Positions 37,220 to 50,657 of a stretch of 64,000 nucleotides of DNA are shown here, in pieces. How positions within the stretch are numbered: the first letter of the stretch is position 1; each line of letters starts with the position of its first letter. The notes under the pieces were generated by a model, which did not search any database, was not told the origin of the DNA, and saw nothing but the letters and a program-made list of their open reading frames with translations. Source of the stretch: Paragordius varius (Eukaryota > Animalia > Nematomorpha); the NCBI GenBank assembly GCA_964247055.1, contig OZ176050.1, positions 9,238,001-9,302,000 of the forward strand. Direction: 5' to 3'. A program made the position numbers and the translations under genes.

Positions 37220-37561
37220 CAGTAGCGTACCGAGCATTTGCGGCGCCCGGGGCAAAAAAATTTTATGGCGCCCCTCCCCCCTTTTTTTAAAAGCCAAAAA
37301 TGAATTTAGTAAATAAATACAAACGTTGTTACCTAAACACCATAGATAAGACTGCACAGTCATATAAATTTAAAATCTATTAAATATATATATTTATATG
37401 ATACTAAATTTATTCAATGGTACTAATTAGGTGAATAATAGAGTATGTAATTTTTACATAATTAAAATTAAATTTTAAAAAATCATTTAGGCGCCCCTAA
37501 ATAACGGCGCCCGGGGCATGATGCACCCCTTGCCCCCCCCCCCCCCCCCGGTACGCCTCTG
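37220..37561. mobile_element. 342-bp hAT MITE
   Basis: TIR CAGTAGCGTACCG / CGGTACGCCTCTG with a perfect 8-bp TSD AGGGTTTT; internal GGCGCCCGGGGC repeats and a poly-C run. Confidence 0.9.
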
Positions 37562-38399
37562 AGGGTTTTTGCATATCTTAAAGCGAGTACGCTTCAACAA
37601 AATATATCAAATTTGATTATGCAAAAAAAGAAAACTAATAAAAATTAAAGTTTAGGAAAAAAATTAAGAAATATCATAACTCTCACCTAATGAGTGTAGA
37701 CAACGTAAAAAACTCTTAATTTTTTAATACGAAAAAAAGGTTATTTCGAAATCATATGGCATATATAATAAATTTTAAATAGTACGGGAATAACAATTTT
37801 CTATGTAATTTTCCGTTTGATAATTATAACAAAAAATGAACTGTGTAAACTTGATCAAACATTTATTAAAATATCATAAATTAATTTTGTTAATTTTAAA
37901 TTGAGGAACCTGTTTTTGCGGAACCCCTGAATGAAAGAGCTTATATGAATCTTACGGTGTCCGATATTTATAAGTTTCGCCACTGCGCGAAAGGCTGAAT
38001 CATAAGCGGTTAAACCGATTCAAAATCCAATTTTATGTATAATTCGAGCAGAAAATAAAATATAAACCAATTAATAATAAGCTAATCTTAGTTTTTTCCC
38101 GCAAAATGGACCATTTCTTCAAATTATGGGGTTATTTTTACAGAGGGTACTATATCAAATTCCGAAATAATTTTTTGAATAAATAAAAAGTAATTAATAT
38201 ATGTTCATAAAAAAATAAATTTTATTTAATTTAAAAAAGCAGTACAAAAGTGGGCGCAGTACAGTCGCAATTTTTTTCTGAAAATCCAGTACTGCACTGC
38301 GAAAAACAGCCTATCTGGTCACATTATGTAAAAGCTACAGGCATGGTGAAAAAATCACAGACAAAATGAAGTTATTCGCTTAATAATTATCATATTTTT

Positions 38400-38830
38400 A
38401 ACATATATTGATGAAATGCACTAAGCAAATACATGGTCAAACCACTTCTCAACTCTAAAAATATAAAATTTAAAGTCGAAGAGCTCCGTTTAACAGAAAA
38501 GTAATCTAAAGATTAAAATCCATGAGCTGCTGGTGAATCGACAAATTATTTATTAAAAGGGTAGTTTCATGTTTTCCCACAGCTCCAACATATTGACTGA
38601 TGTGGGAATAAATGCATAGTTGTCATATTGATGGTGTCTTTGGAATCAAAACTATTTTTCAACAGAGACAAATTTTGAAATCGTCTGTACTCATTAGCAA
38701 CAGTAATAACATTTGCTTTAGTAATGCGTTTGTACAACATCAATAAATGGTGGCGAGCCATATTTACAAATTTAGTTTAAATTTATGTCGTGGGCTATAT
38801 ACGCAGCGGCATAATCAACAGTATTTTTGA
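38400..38830 (-). pseudogene. Decayed hAT transposase fragment
   Basis: Homologous to 18850-19090 (YAAAYIA.., FIPTSVN..); several stops. Confidence 0.4.
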
Positions 38831-41325
38831 GGTATTGTTCCTGTTTCCCTTTTGAATAAACAGTTAAAAATAAGATGACCGTAAAACTGAAAAATTCACC
38901 ATTTTTATCTTAATTAAAAAATTAGGCTCAAAATTACGTTGAGATTCGGTAGTACTACGATGTAATTTTATTTCAAACAAAAACCAAAAAAATAATAAAA
39001 ATTTTTTTTTGAAAGAACCATATAAAATATTTAGCCATAAGAAATTGGGAATGCAAATGATTATTTTAATATTATGGAATTTACATTTATATTATATAGT
39101 TTAAATATACAGTCAACAAAATTTTCTTGATAATTATTAATGAAAAATTATTAAATTTTTGTATGGATTTTTTTGTGATTACATCCATAACTTATGCATT
39201 TATATCTAAATTTAAATATGAAAATGTCGAAAATGTTAAATCTTTAGGTTTAATATTTTGACCATATACCAAATTATTTTGTTTATATTGACCTAATATT
39301 ATTCAAATAATGAGTTTTTTCCACTTAAAATACTTGGCTTTATCTTTGACACTTCAAAAATAGGGGGTTTAATGTCAAATTCGTAATTCAAAAGAGAATT
39401 TCTTTTAGATTTCAAGATGGAAGTCAAAGCAAAATTGATTGGTGTTTATATTTACATACTATATTTTTGACCCTCATTGATGGTTATTTGCATGTAGCGA
39501 GAATTGCTTTCTAGCGAAAGACATTTTTTAATTATCTTCTAATATAGATTTTATTTTGGGTTATTTTCTATTATTAATACTTTATTACGTTTTCATTTGT
39601 ATGCGATGACATTTTGGGGTAGTTTTATAACCACAGCTTAAAGTAGTAAACAAACTAGTGCATCATAAGTTGTTTTGGCTAAAATTTAGAAAAACTTGAA
39701 ATTTTTACAGTTTCTTAACTTCTCTCCCGAATTCGGATAAATCTAAAACATGAGAGAAGCAAACAGCTGATATTTAAATCAATAAATATCAAGAGTTGGC
39801 TGGTATATTGTAATTTTAAAGTGTCCCAAATTTATTGTTTATATTTTTAACCATAAAAATAATTATTTACCTGTTGTATTGGCGATTTTAAAAAACGGAA
39901 AAAATGGCGGCGTTTGAGATCGGGATGTTTTTACCATTCTACATTTATCACTCCGAATAAGCTAAAGAAAGTAAATTCTTAATTTTAGCCTAATGTTAAA
40001 ATATTTTTTAAATATTTAAATTTTATAACCTTGGGTATAATACCCAATCGGTGAAGTGTTTATTTATTTTTTGATTATTGCGCACACGTATGCCGTAAAA
40101 ATATAAATTCCATCAGAATCTTATATATGGACTTTTCTTTGTTATCAGGCTTGTGTTAAAAAAGAGGATTTTATGCAAAAATTAGAGTTAATTTATCTGT
40201 AAAAAATGAGAACCCATCGTATTATTAAATTTGTTTAAAAGAATTATTTTTGGTATAAATCTCACTTATTGTTGACTAAGTTGTGATAAAACTACGGAAT
40301 TTAATAATTCTTTGAACCGCCATAAAGGAACCTTATAGGAGACAACTCCATTGGAATACTATTTCCAGCCCTATCTTATAATATTATTTTTGTTCTTTAA
40401 TACTTTTTAAATATAACTTTATTAACGATAAATATATATGCACTCCTGGATGATTTAATATAAATCTAAGTTATGCAAACCTAAGTGATTAGAATGTTTT
40501 ATACCCTCATTTGTTTTTTTGGCCCATTTTTATTATATGTCCATTTTTATATCAACATATCAAATATTCAAAATAATAAATTGACTAAACGTTTCATATC
40601 ATGAGATAAGGCAATAGTTTAAGTATACTGTATACACATTTATTCTGGCCCATTCACATCATTGTTAGCCAATAGTATTACAGTAATGTGTGTGTTATAA
40701 AACAACTTTAGTTCATGATTAAATAAACATAAGGATTTTTGTTATATTTACCCATACTCTACTTGTTGACAAATAACCAACAATAATAATGTGAATAGGC
40801 CAGCATAAATGTGCATCCTGTATTTATCCATTATTCACGTTTCTATTTTTTGATGATACTCACTTTACCAACAATAAATTATGTACAAGGGAAATTTATA
40901 AGGAAATAAAATATACGAATTTCTGGCATATGCAAGTTTTTAGACAATTGGATAACAAATATTGGCTTACTTCACTATAATCGTTAAGGGTATTTCACAA
41001 ATATGCAAGAACTTTGTTAATCAATCCTGAATCGACCGGATATTTACCAATCGATCAATATATTAACCTATGATTTGAAGTATCTGTATTACAATTAGAT
41101 TGCAATATTTGTTTAATTTAATACATATATTGACATTTTTATATATTAAATAGTCAAACAAAATCAAAGTACCCCCCTTATTTGTAAAATGTCCTTGATC
41201 CACAACAACATAAATATATCTTTTAATAATTCCGATAAATTTTTGTAAAATTCATATTCTATTTCTTTTCTGTCATTACATGCAATATAATCCGGATTAT
41301 TTGACACACAATTTCAATCACAAAC

Positions 41326-43925
41326 ATGAAAGTTATAAAAGCTCTTGGTGTCATAGCCATTCTCATTACGATAATGGTTGAAGCTAGGTTTCTATCAGAC
41401 CCTACGAATGATAGCTTAAATAAAAATGAGGTATTTTTTTCAATTTCCTAAATAATAGAGAAGTGAGAAAAATTAGCATTACAGAGTGAGTTATAGATTT
41501 CTATTTTTCATTAAATATTGCCAGTAATACACAATAAAAATAAATATTATTGGCTTAAAGTTATATTTTAGCTTTTCTTGTGATGCAATAATTCTCTTTG
41601 CCTCATATCGCTATTTAATGAAAAACTTGGAATGTATTGTTAATCACACTGTGAAACTAAATTTCCATATATAATGTAAAATACCAAATAAAAGATAAAA
41701 TGTATAATAATTAGTTTCAAAAGATTCGAGATTTAGTATATATGTAAATCTGGAAAGGGCTTCGATGTTCAAAAAATGTGGAAGAGCCGGAACCAGGGTG
41801 GTTTCTAAAGGGTTGGAACCGAAACCGGTTTGATTCCAAAAAAAATAAAAAAAAACCGGGGTAGTTCCTAAAATTTTGGAACCGTAACCGGTGTGGTTCC
41901 TTAAATATTTAACTGTCGGAACAGGTTTTTTACATTAGGAACCGGTTCCATTTTGGTTCCCGATTTTTTATCGAAAGATTCTCATAAAACATTTTTACTC
42001 TAGAAGTATAAGTACCACTGATATATAAGGTAGCTTATTTTTTTCCGTTATGGGTTAATCATGGATGATAATTCATGGTTTTGTAAAACTTAGGAACTTT
42101 AAAATAGTGATACTTTATAATTTTTAAAACTAATAAAGAGAAGGCTAATAACTGGGGACTACAAGTAATGTCAACGGTAAATTTATTGTATGTGTATATA
42201 ATGATTCTATATATATAACTATATATCTAAGATAATTAGGTCTAATGTATTCACATATATCAAGGTGAGATGTTTGCTTTTATACAATTAACTTAAGGTA
42301 TAATATACCATTTGCACTTCAAGAGTGTCCTTGAACATTTCAAGTTGGTCCTTGAAAGTTCAAGTTGGTCCTTGAACAATTCAAGTTGGTCCTTGAACAG
42401 TCCAAGTTGGTCCTTGAACATTTCAAGTTGGTCCTTAAAATTTTTAATTTTGATTTAATCATAATTTTTGCATTTATTTTTTTATTTCATTATTTATTAA
42501 CCCAATTAAATATTTATTCATTTAAAAAAATTTTTTTATAGAAAACCACTTATTTGTTTCAAACTATTTTTTTCAATTGAACATTATTATTGACTTTTAA
42601 ATGTTTTTAATGAAAATTTTTATTTAATAACCCAGAAAACTTATATGTTTTTTCATTTCGTGTTAAAATCTTATAAATATCTAAAATTATTTAAAGAAAT
42701 TAATAATGATATACGGTTTCTCACAGATTAAAAGTTGATATCGATTTAAAATTTATGTTAAATAATAGAAAATAGGTTAAAAACAATAAAATAAATGAAT
42801 TATTTACGATTTGATTGATAAAAGTTAAAATCAAAACAAAAAGGTCAAAGGACTAACTTGAAGTTTTTAAGGACCAACTTGAAATGTTCAAGGAGCAACT
42901 TGAACTGTTCAAGGACCAACTTGAACTGTTCAAGGACCAACTTGAAGTGTTCAAGGACCAACTTGAAATGTTTAAGGACCAACTTGAACTGTTCAAGGAC
43001 CAACTTGAACTGTTCAAGGACCAACTTGAACTGTTCAAGGACCAACTTGAAGTGTTCAAGGACACTCTTGAAGTGCAAATGGTATAATAATAGTTACACG
43101 TGGTGGTGAGGTTATAATAATATAATAATACTACACACATATGTTAAAAGGTTAATATAATAATATATAACGAATGTTGTTTGTGCGGTTAATCTAATAG
43201 TATAATAAAAGGTTTATTCAAATTAGCCTGTCAGTAACCACTCTAACAAAGGCGTAAACTGGATAAATTTATCGTATTTTCCCTTTTCCTAAGCTATGAG
43301 ACTCCAATAAGTTTAAGGCTTTTTACCAGATTATTTTATCAATTAATAAGGTAAATGTACTTAACCTATGGATATAAACTTAAATAATTATGTATGTTCA
43401 ACATATAATACTATTTTAATCGGATACGAGAAAAAAATGTTATCATATGATCAATTTATATATATTTAAACATCAAATTTTTAAATTATGATGGTCATCC
43501 ATTGTGAAGGGAGATCAAAAATGTTATTATACAATCAAATTTAAAAAATAATTTAAACAATAAATTTTATTTTTTAAATATAAATACTTATGGGAACCAC
43601 TTATTTTGGAAGTGGAATCGGAACCGAGTTGATTAACCTAACGGATCCGGTTCCATGTGGTTCCGGTTGGAAGCCCTAATATACACAAAATTTAAATAAA
43701 ATATTATAGTTTAATTTATTTCTCTATAGAGGATTACATAATAACATAAATATACATTTATTAAATTAAAACATTTTTAGTTATCAAAGCCAAAAATTAT
43801 TGTGGAAATCTTTAAGGGAAATCATTATCCGCATAATCCAAGAAGTATTATTGATTGTTAAAAAATTAGGATGCAAATTTAAACTCTGCAATATGGGATT
43901 CGGAGAAAATTTTAGGCGCAAATAA
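41326..43925 (+). CDS. Small secreted neuropeptide precursor, CNMamide-like (minimal model 74 aa)
   Basis: Exons 41326-41430, 43781-43844 and 43870-43925 (25-nt second intron) translate to MKVIKALGVIAILITIMVEA-RFLSDPTNDSLNKNELSKPKIIVEIFKGNHYPHNPRR-CKFKLCNMG-FGENFRRK*. It has a signal-peptide-like N-terminus and a CxFKxCNMG motif like insect CNMa (CHFKICNM-amide). Extra exons in intron 1 are not excluded. Confidence 0.75.
41755..43678. mobile_element. Ac-like hAT non-autonomous element in intron 1 of the neuropeptide gene
   Basis: Right end GGTTCCGGTTGGAAGCCCTA and degenerate left end AAGGGCTTCGA, with clustered GGAACC/GGTTCC/AACCGG subterminal motifs at 41790-41965 and 43590-43670. No TSD found. 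Confidence 0.55.
42306..43084. mobile_element. Family Q foldback-like MITE (longest 21-bp arrays)
   Basis: TA|TACCATTTGCAC...GTGCAAATGGTA|TA, with about 9 units on the right and about 5 on the left. It is the source of the overlapping repetitive ORFs at 42845-43140. Confidence 0.9.
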
Positions 43926-44714
43926 CTTGTCCAATATGCATCGTATTTATCGAATTTCAATTTATATTTTCTATTTTTTTTAATAAATATTATTATATAC
44001 ATATCAAAAGTGGTGAATAATAAATCTTATAAGATAAATAGTGGTACTTTTTATTAAAAATTGATTAGTTATTCTGCAAATGATATGGAGCTTTTATTCA
44101 AACTTATTCATAGTACACAATCATTTTTGCCTCCGATCATATTTTGCTGTAAAACGAACCAAAATCAGCATTAATAATAACGTTCAAAATTAAATTAATA
44201 TTCTTCATATCGAACAGTAATATTAAAACTGCCGCCTGCGTTGTGATATTTTTCGGACTAAATTGATAATTTCATGCGGCCTTCTTCTGCTGGAAGGCAG
44301 TAAAATGCAAACTTAAAGATGTATAAATACATTTTATGCTGACATATGGTGCGGTCCGCGAAAACATTCTGGTGTGTACACTGTCTTGAAGTAAGTGCAA
44401 AACTATTACACATTTTATCTTGACGAATAAATCAGCGGCTCTCTTTACAAATTTATCTCTATATGTCATCCATCATGCGATTTCATTATAGTTTTAACTG
44501 TTCTTATTCCCCCTACCCAATTTACCGATGGTGGACAAAGAGTTGTTTTTGTTTATAAAATAACCTTTATAGTTATCTGACTGAATAATAATAATACTAA
44601 TATGGTAAGTGCAAAATCGTTAATTTTATATTAACAATCGGTGGCGTGAAATAATGTAAGCGTTAAAATAAAATTTAAATTTAAACCAAAAATACTTGAT
44701 ATGTGAAATCTTAC

Positions 44715-45010
44715 CTCAATAGTAATGGCAGACTAATTTCGTGCTTGTCATTCATCAACACGACATGATTTGTGGGTTCATATATGAAAATAATATATTT
44801 TACACAACTGTGCAAATATGGTATAACTTCAGTCGGTAATACGAATTTTAATTTAATAAAATCTACGAAATTAAAATGAAAATTAGATCATAAACCTAGG
44901 TTTAACCCTTGATGCAGATTATAGCTACTTAGGAATTTCCTGTAGAAATCAGAACGCGGACAACTCCAAAGAGCATTTTGCACACCCGTTGGTACTGATT
45001 GCATTTCATG
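44715..45010 (-). CDS. Possible exons of an unidentified gene
   Basis: Exons 45010-44896 and 44862-44715 join across a 33-nt GT-AG intron into an 87-codon open frame (HEMQSVPTGVQNALWSCPRSDF...HEISLPLLL) that ends at a GTAAG donor. No family recognised. Confidence 0.35.
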
Positions 45011-46253
45011 CTTTAAAAGTAAAAATTATATTTCCTAACACTATTTGTTCAAAATTAACATGTCATAGTAGACCAAAAGTGTTCGTGCATATATATTTAG
45101 GCAGAGATATTTGGATCAAAAATTATTATTCTCTTAAATAATATCAAAAATTTAGCGTATACATTTCTAAATAGAGTCAAACTTTTTTTTGCAGATTTTT
45201 TTAAGAATTGACACTGTTTTACCTCCGTTTATGCGATTGAAATGTATTAACTTTTTTAATAAATCATAGCAAAAATTATTATTAGCTGTTTGGCGCCTTT
45301 TGTATTTATTGTTCGTATACGGTTTTGGACCCCCAATCAGATTCCACTCTAATTAAAAGAGATAATCCCTGAATAAATAGACCCTAAACCTAGATGCACT
45401 GATATTATAATAATTTGGTTTGATTTAGATACGGCAACCATTATTTTAAGAACACGAGAGTCAGCTTTTTACCATGTTGGGCGGTTGACTACTCTGAGCC
45501 TAAATCAAATACCTTAAAATTATGGGAATTATTGAAGCTAAAAATATTTAATGTATATTGATTTACAATATTTTTTTCAAAACTAAGTTATTTATATTTT
45601 AAAGTTTAGCCTGACAGCGGAAATATTTAATGAATGGCACGAGCTTATCAAATAGTATTAATTTAAAAAATATGGCACTAAATATAATATGAATGAATGT
45701 CGAATATTTTTTTGTATAATGATATAATAAATTTAAGCAAATCCAGAAACTCACACTGATGCATTTAAATTTCATACAATCTTTCTTCAAAGTTGGACTA
45801 GAGTAGTCAATTACCCTATAACGTACGGCTAAAGCAAGAATGTGCGCGAAATTATTATTTTTTGGCTAAAAATATTGACAAGTGTAAAATAGATAGGCCG
45901 CCTAAACAAAATTATGTAATTTTGCTTTAACGAATATTTTTATCCATGATTTTAAGCACCATAAAACCATATTTACAGAATATCCATATAAACGCCATAC
46001 AATATGGTTCAATATAATGGGTGAGATTGTGCGGTGCTGGTGGAAAATCTATTTTCACGCTACATACAACCACCTATTAAGGTTTACCAATAAAGTTTTT
46101 GAACCGAAAAAGAATTGATTTATTCAAAAATTACATTATTTCATGGGCAAGCATGTTTGAAATGCCATATTCTAACACAAAAAGATTGCCACACAACTTC
46201 AAGTGTGTTGAAACAACAAAATTCATAAAGATATTTATTTTTTGGCGACAATC

Positions 46254-48488
46254 TTATGACCTGGAGACTGTATTTAATTTGGTGGGTGTGGATATGAATG
46301 ATGTATTGCAAACAAAATTTTTGCCATCTTGTATGAGAATATAATAGGGTTGTCTTTCATTTAAAGAAGAGGTTGATGGTAATTGAGTTGTCGGACTAAT
46401 AATATTATTGCTAGATACTGAACGTCCGACAATTGTTTTATCAGAATTTTTTCCATCAATAATATTACCAATTGCAGTTTTGTTGATTTTTGTTAGCGCC
46501 GGTGAGGGATTTGAAATCGTAAGGTTGGTGGTTAATTGTTGATTTGCATCTAATACACATAAAAATAAAATTTAACTGCCTCCAATATTTTCAATAACTA
46601 AACATTGCTTTAGGGTAAAAAAACAGTATTATCAAGAATGTTAAATCGTATTTTACCTTGAGGTGTGTTGACCTTAAGGACTTGTAGTAAGGTTTTATCC
46701 AATTTATTTTCTTGTAAGTTTGTTGTTGTAGTTACTAATTGTATTGCTCTCAACAAATTTTGATTAGCAGTAGTAGATTCAGGGTTGTCATTTAAGTTAT
46801 TACCACTAATATGGCTTCCATGATAAAAGCGGGAAGAATCAGTGGTAGGCAATGGTAAAATTTGAGGAAATGTTTTAGCTGGATATAATTTAGGGATATT
46901 GCTAGCATTATTATTTTGTGCATTATTTAAATTTTGTTCTGTTTTAGCACCATGTTTATCATTGATCATATGATACATATTGTTCTCATGAGAGATTAAT
47001 TGAGCTTGTATATTCACATCATCCAAATTTTGTTGGCCCATTAATGATTCCAATGAAGTCTGAGTAGGTTCCATATTATTTTCCTCATTAGATTTTTTGC
47101 TGTTGAAACGACCACCAGTACCTCGGTTACGATTTAATGCATGTAAATGCCGTGATTCATGCATATATTTCTAGGTTAAAACAATAAATATTGTACTATG
47201 AAACTTTAATCTGAATATCTAAATATGGTTATTCCCTTATTATATAGTATAAATTAGATTTGTATGATCCCATATTATTTATATAATGTGTTTAACACTA
47301 TATTGAATATGTTTGCATAAAAGGTTACATTTTAGGGCATATTTAGTCAAAAAAATTAAATTTTCAGTTAACTCCAATAAATTTATGGGTATCTTTTAAT
47401 TGTTAAATCATAATATTTGGAATAGATTTAACTTTATATAAAAATATTTTACAAATGAGTTTTGACGAAAAAGGTTTGTAATAAAAATTTTACAATTTTG
47501 TGTTTCTTAAATCATATACCTTATAAGACAGGGAATGTTCACTTTTAAATATAAAGCAGAAGATTCCGCTATGCGGATTTAATGTAAAGCAGAAAACTGC
47601 GCATTTTTCAATCATTGCTGTCAGTCCTGAGCGAACTAGTGTCAAAGCTTTCACAAGTCCGGATATACAAGTAGAGTTCTTACTTTTGAATATAAAAGAA
47701 GACTCTAAAAGAGGGGTGACCAAAATGCGGCCCGTGAAAAATTTGGAATCACCAAAAAAATATAATGTTTTACAAAAATATATTGATATCTAAGTAAAAT
47801 TGATATTTCTTTTTTGAAAAGTCTTTTAAATAACAGCAATAGCAAAAAATGGTAAAATAAATAGTAATAATTTTTTTCAATTATTTTACAATCTTATGTT
47901 TGAAATGTAATATTGCCATATATTTTTCGAAAGCGCCGGATTTTTGAGTAAATGCGTAGGAAGCCATTTGTGCTGGACACTCCTGCTCTAAACTCTATAC
48001 ATTAGTGTATTTTATCTTTCTATGCCTGAAACATATGTTTCAGGTAAATGATCGCGTTTATTTAGCAAAGAAAAATTTCAAGATTGCTAATATATTTAAA
48101 GCAGTTAAAAGACAAAAATGATAAAACAAATTTGTTATACCCTCCTTTCTTTGGAAATTCGGCCTTGAGCTTCTAATTTTGCCCTAGCTTCTCTACGTTT
48201 TAATATTCTGGTATATTGTTTAGCATTCACAAATAAAGGCTCTTCAGTGGCATAACTTTGAGGATTGGGCCTAAAAACATAAGCCGGTGATGTTGGATTG
48301 TTTTGGAGGTTTATAAGATTTTTGGGATCTGAAATACCGTTATTCGATAGTATCTAAAAATTTAAAATATATACATATTTTAATAAGTTTTAAAAGGGTT
48401 AAATATCAAATGTATATACCATGTAGGCATCATTAATATTCACAATCGAAGAAACTGGAACAGTTATATATTCGTTTAAGGATGACAT
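46254..48488 (-). CDS. NFYA: Nuclear transcription factor Y subunit alpha (CCAAT-binding), ~363 aa, 4 exons
   Basis: Exons 48488-48420, 48353-48141, 47170-46657 and 46549-46254 (1092 nt). The core EEPLFVNAKQYTRILKRREARAKLEAQGRISKERR|KYMHESRHLHALNRNRGTGGRF is the CBF-B/NF-YA domain. The last exon boundary is less certain. Confidence 0.92.
47711..47985. mobile_element. 275-bp Buster-type hAT MITE in NF-YA intron 2
   Basis: GAGGGGTGACCAAAATGCGGCCCG...GGACACTCCTG with a near-perfect 8-bp TSD CTCTAAAA/CTCTAAAC. Confidence 0.75.
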
Positions 48489-49773
48489 AATGCGGTTATA
48501 CCTGTTTGATCGAAGTTTGATTCATACACGCATACTATATTGAAATGGATAAATAAAACTGTAATATTAAATTTAAATTACCGATTTTTACGAATCTTAT
48601 CATTAATTTAACTATTTTGTTAGACATCGATGAAAAGCATATCACAAACCAAAATTCCAAATATTGAATTCTAAATACGGGAAAAGACACCGTAATAAGC
48701 TATTTAGTGCTATGTGTTAGGCGCTAGTTATCACAAAACACACTTTATATTTATAATGTGTATATTGACTTATAGACTGTGACCAATCCAGCTATAATAA
48801 AAGATATAGGTTCTAAAATCCATACTTACGTTCGAAAACCGTTGTTCAATTCGATAAACAATTACATGTCTGTCTTTTTAAAAAATTATCATTTGGTTAA
48901 AAACAGTATTTTCAAATCAATGGTAAGGTATTATAGTAACTACACTCGTTTAAACGCCAAATGGATTTAGATATTTTGCAATTCCAATTTAAATGAACCA
49001 TTTAAGCCATAGACAATTTTAGGAGTTGAGTTATTTGATTGAAAATTAAAATTACTGCGATGGTTATGGATTAAAAATGATAAAAAAGAAAACATCCATA
49101 CATGGTTGATACATTGACTTTAATTGCAAGCATTTGTCTAAATCAGGGGTGCACACAAATGGTTTCGCAGGCCGCATTTCAGACTCATAAATTCGTCAAG
49201 CCAATTTTAAAAAATTATGACCATTAATAAATATTTTATTAAATTTTTATCACGTGATTGTATAATAATTTACTAACATATAAGTACTATTTATTCCACC
49301 GATGTCTTTAGTTTGTTGCTGAAATTGTAAGCATATTTTTGCATATCATGTCAATTTTTCAAGAGATATTAAAATAAATTCCAATAATATAAAGATTTGC
49401 CAGTTTATGATTGATATAGAAGTAGAATATTTTATAATTTAAATTATAAATATTTTTTGTTTCATACCAAGTTAGTCTTGATACCTATATAAATAATATT
49501 AGTATTGCCCACCAAATTTATCAAAATTCAATCTGTTTGACTAAACGATACAAATTAAGTGCTTAATAAAATATTTACACGGTATAATACCTTAAGTACA
49601 TTATTTAAAAAAAATAAAGTTTAAACCTGGGCTCTTGCTATCGCTTGATCATGTGGCTATCATCTCCAATGAATAAACATGTGCTTTAATTATTTTAAGA
49701 TTGCGGTTATGGTTATAAATTGTATAAATAGTTTGATTTTGCTCATAGCTAATTTGTGTGCTGTGGCATTTAA

Positions 49774-50341
49774 CACTTGGGTACAACACACTCATTTTAG
49801 TTCTTCGATTCAAATTGGGGTAGTTGGATACTTCAGGCCTGTTTAAAATATACCTAAAGAAGTATGGAAGGAATCGAAACATGACAAAATTTTGCACTTA
49901 TATAACATTATTAAACCGAAATATATAAAAAAAATTCAAAAATACTTGATATCACTTATTTTAAGCTAAAACCGAAAGGTAAAAATTTCGTTAACGTGAC
50001 ATGTGTCAAATTGTAAAATTAAAAGATAATACAAAATGAACCACTTTTTCTAATTCTATCAATGTTAGATATAATTTAAATAAAAAATTAGCTTTAATTT
50101 TACCCTTAAAATTAAATGAAGACGATATTTAGTAAAAATTTTGTAAAAAAAAATGGCGTCGAAGTAGTTTCAGATAAAACTTTTTTTCAAAACAAAATTT
50201 TATCAAGCTATTTTGGCATATTTATATAATTTATATCAGGATGGAGGCATAAATTTAAATTGGGACCGTTATCTTCAATACTTTTTAAAAATATATATTA
50301 AAAATTTTGTCTGGAATATTTAGATACCCCAATTTGAAGTG
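49774..50341 (+). mobile_element. Family P piggyBac-like MITE
   Basis: TTAA|CACTTGGGTACAACAC...CCCCAATTTGAAGTG|TTAA. Confidence 0.85.
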
Positions 50342-50657
50342 TTAATACAAATGGGGAATTAGGAGCTTATGGAAAGACTTTAAAAGGGGGTTAGTACTTT
50401 AATTAAACTCTGATGCCCACATTTGATATTTTAAAAAAACTACTAAAGAAACGGTTCCAATTTAAATTTATGCTTCTATCCTAATAAAAATTATATAAAT
50501 AAGGCAAAAGATCTAAATTAAATTTAGTTTTGGAAAAAAACCATATCAAACTCTTGGACGCTATTTTCATTTTAAAACATTTTTGAAAAATATCGTTTTT
50601 ATTTATTCTAAGCCTAAAATTTAGTTTGGTTTTTAGTAAAATCACATTTAACATTAA

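Larger units (their letters stand above)
35014..38326 (-). mobile_element. Family R hAT element (outer), carrying two nested insertions
   Basis: TIRs TAATGTGACCA / TGGTCACATTA with a perfect 8-bp TSD TGTAAAAG. Confidence 0.9.

Noticed and set aside
42845-43140. Four overlapping ORFs with heptad-like repeats (LELFKDQ, SSWSLNS), also at 31937-32125 and 32286-32558
   Set aside because: They arise from the stop-free 21-bp repeat of family Q MITEs; they are open in several frames on both strands and have no gene structure.
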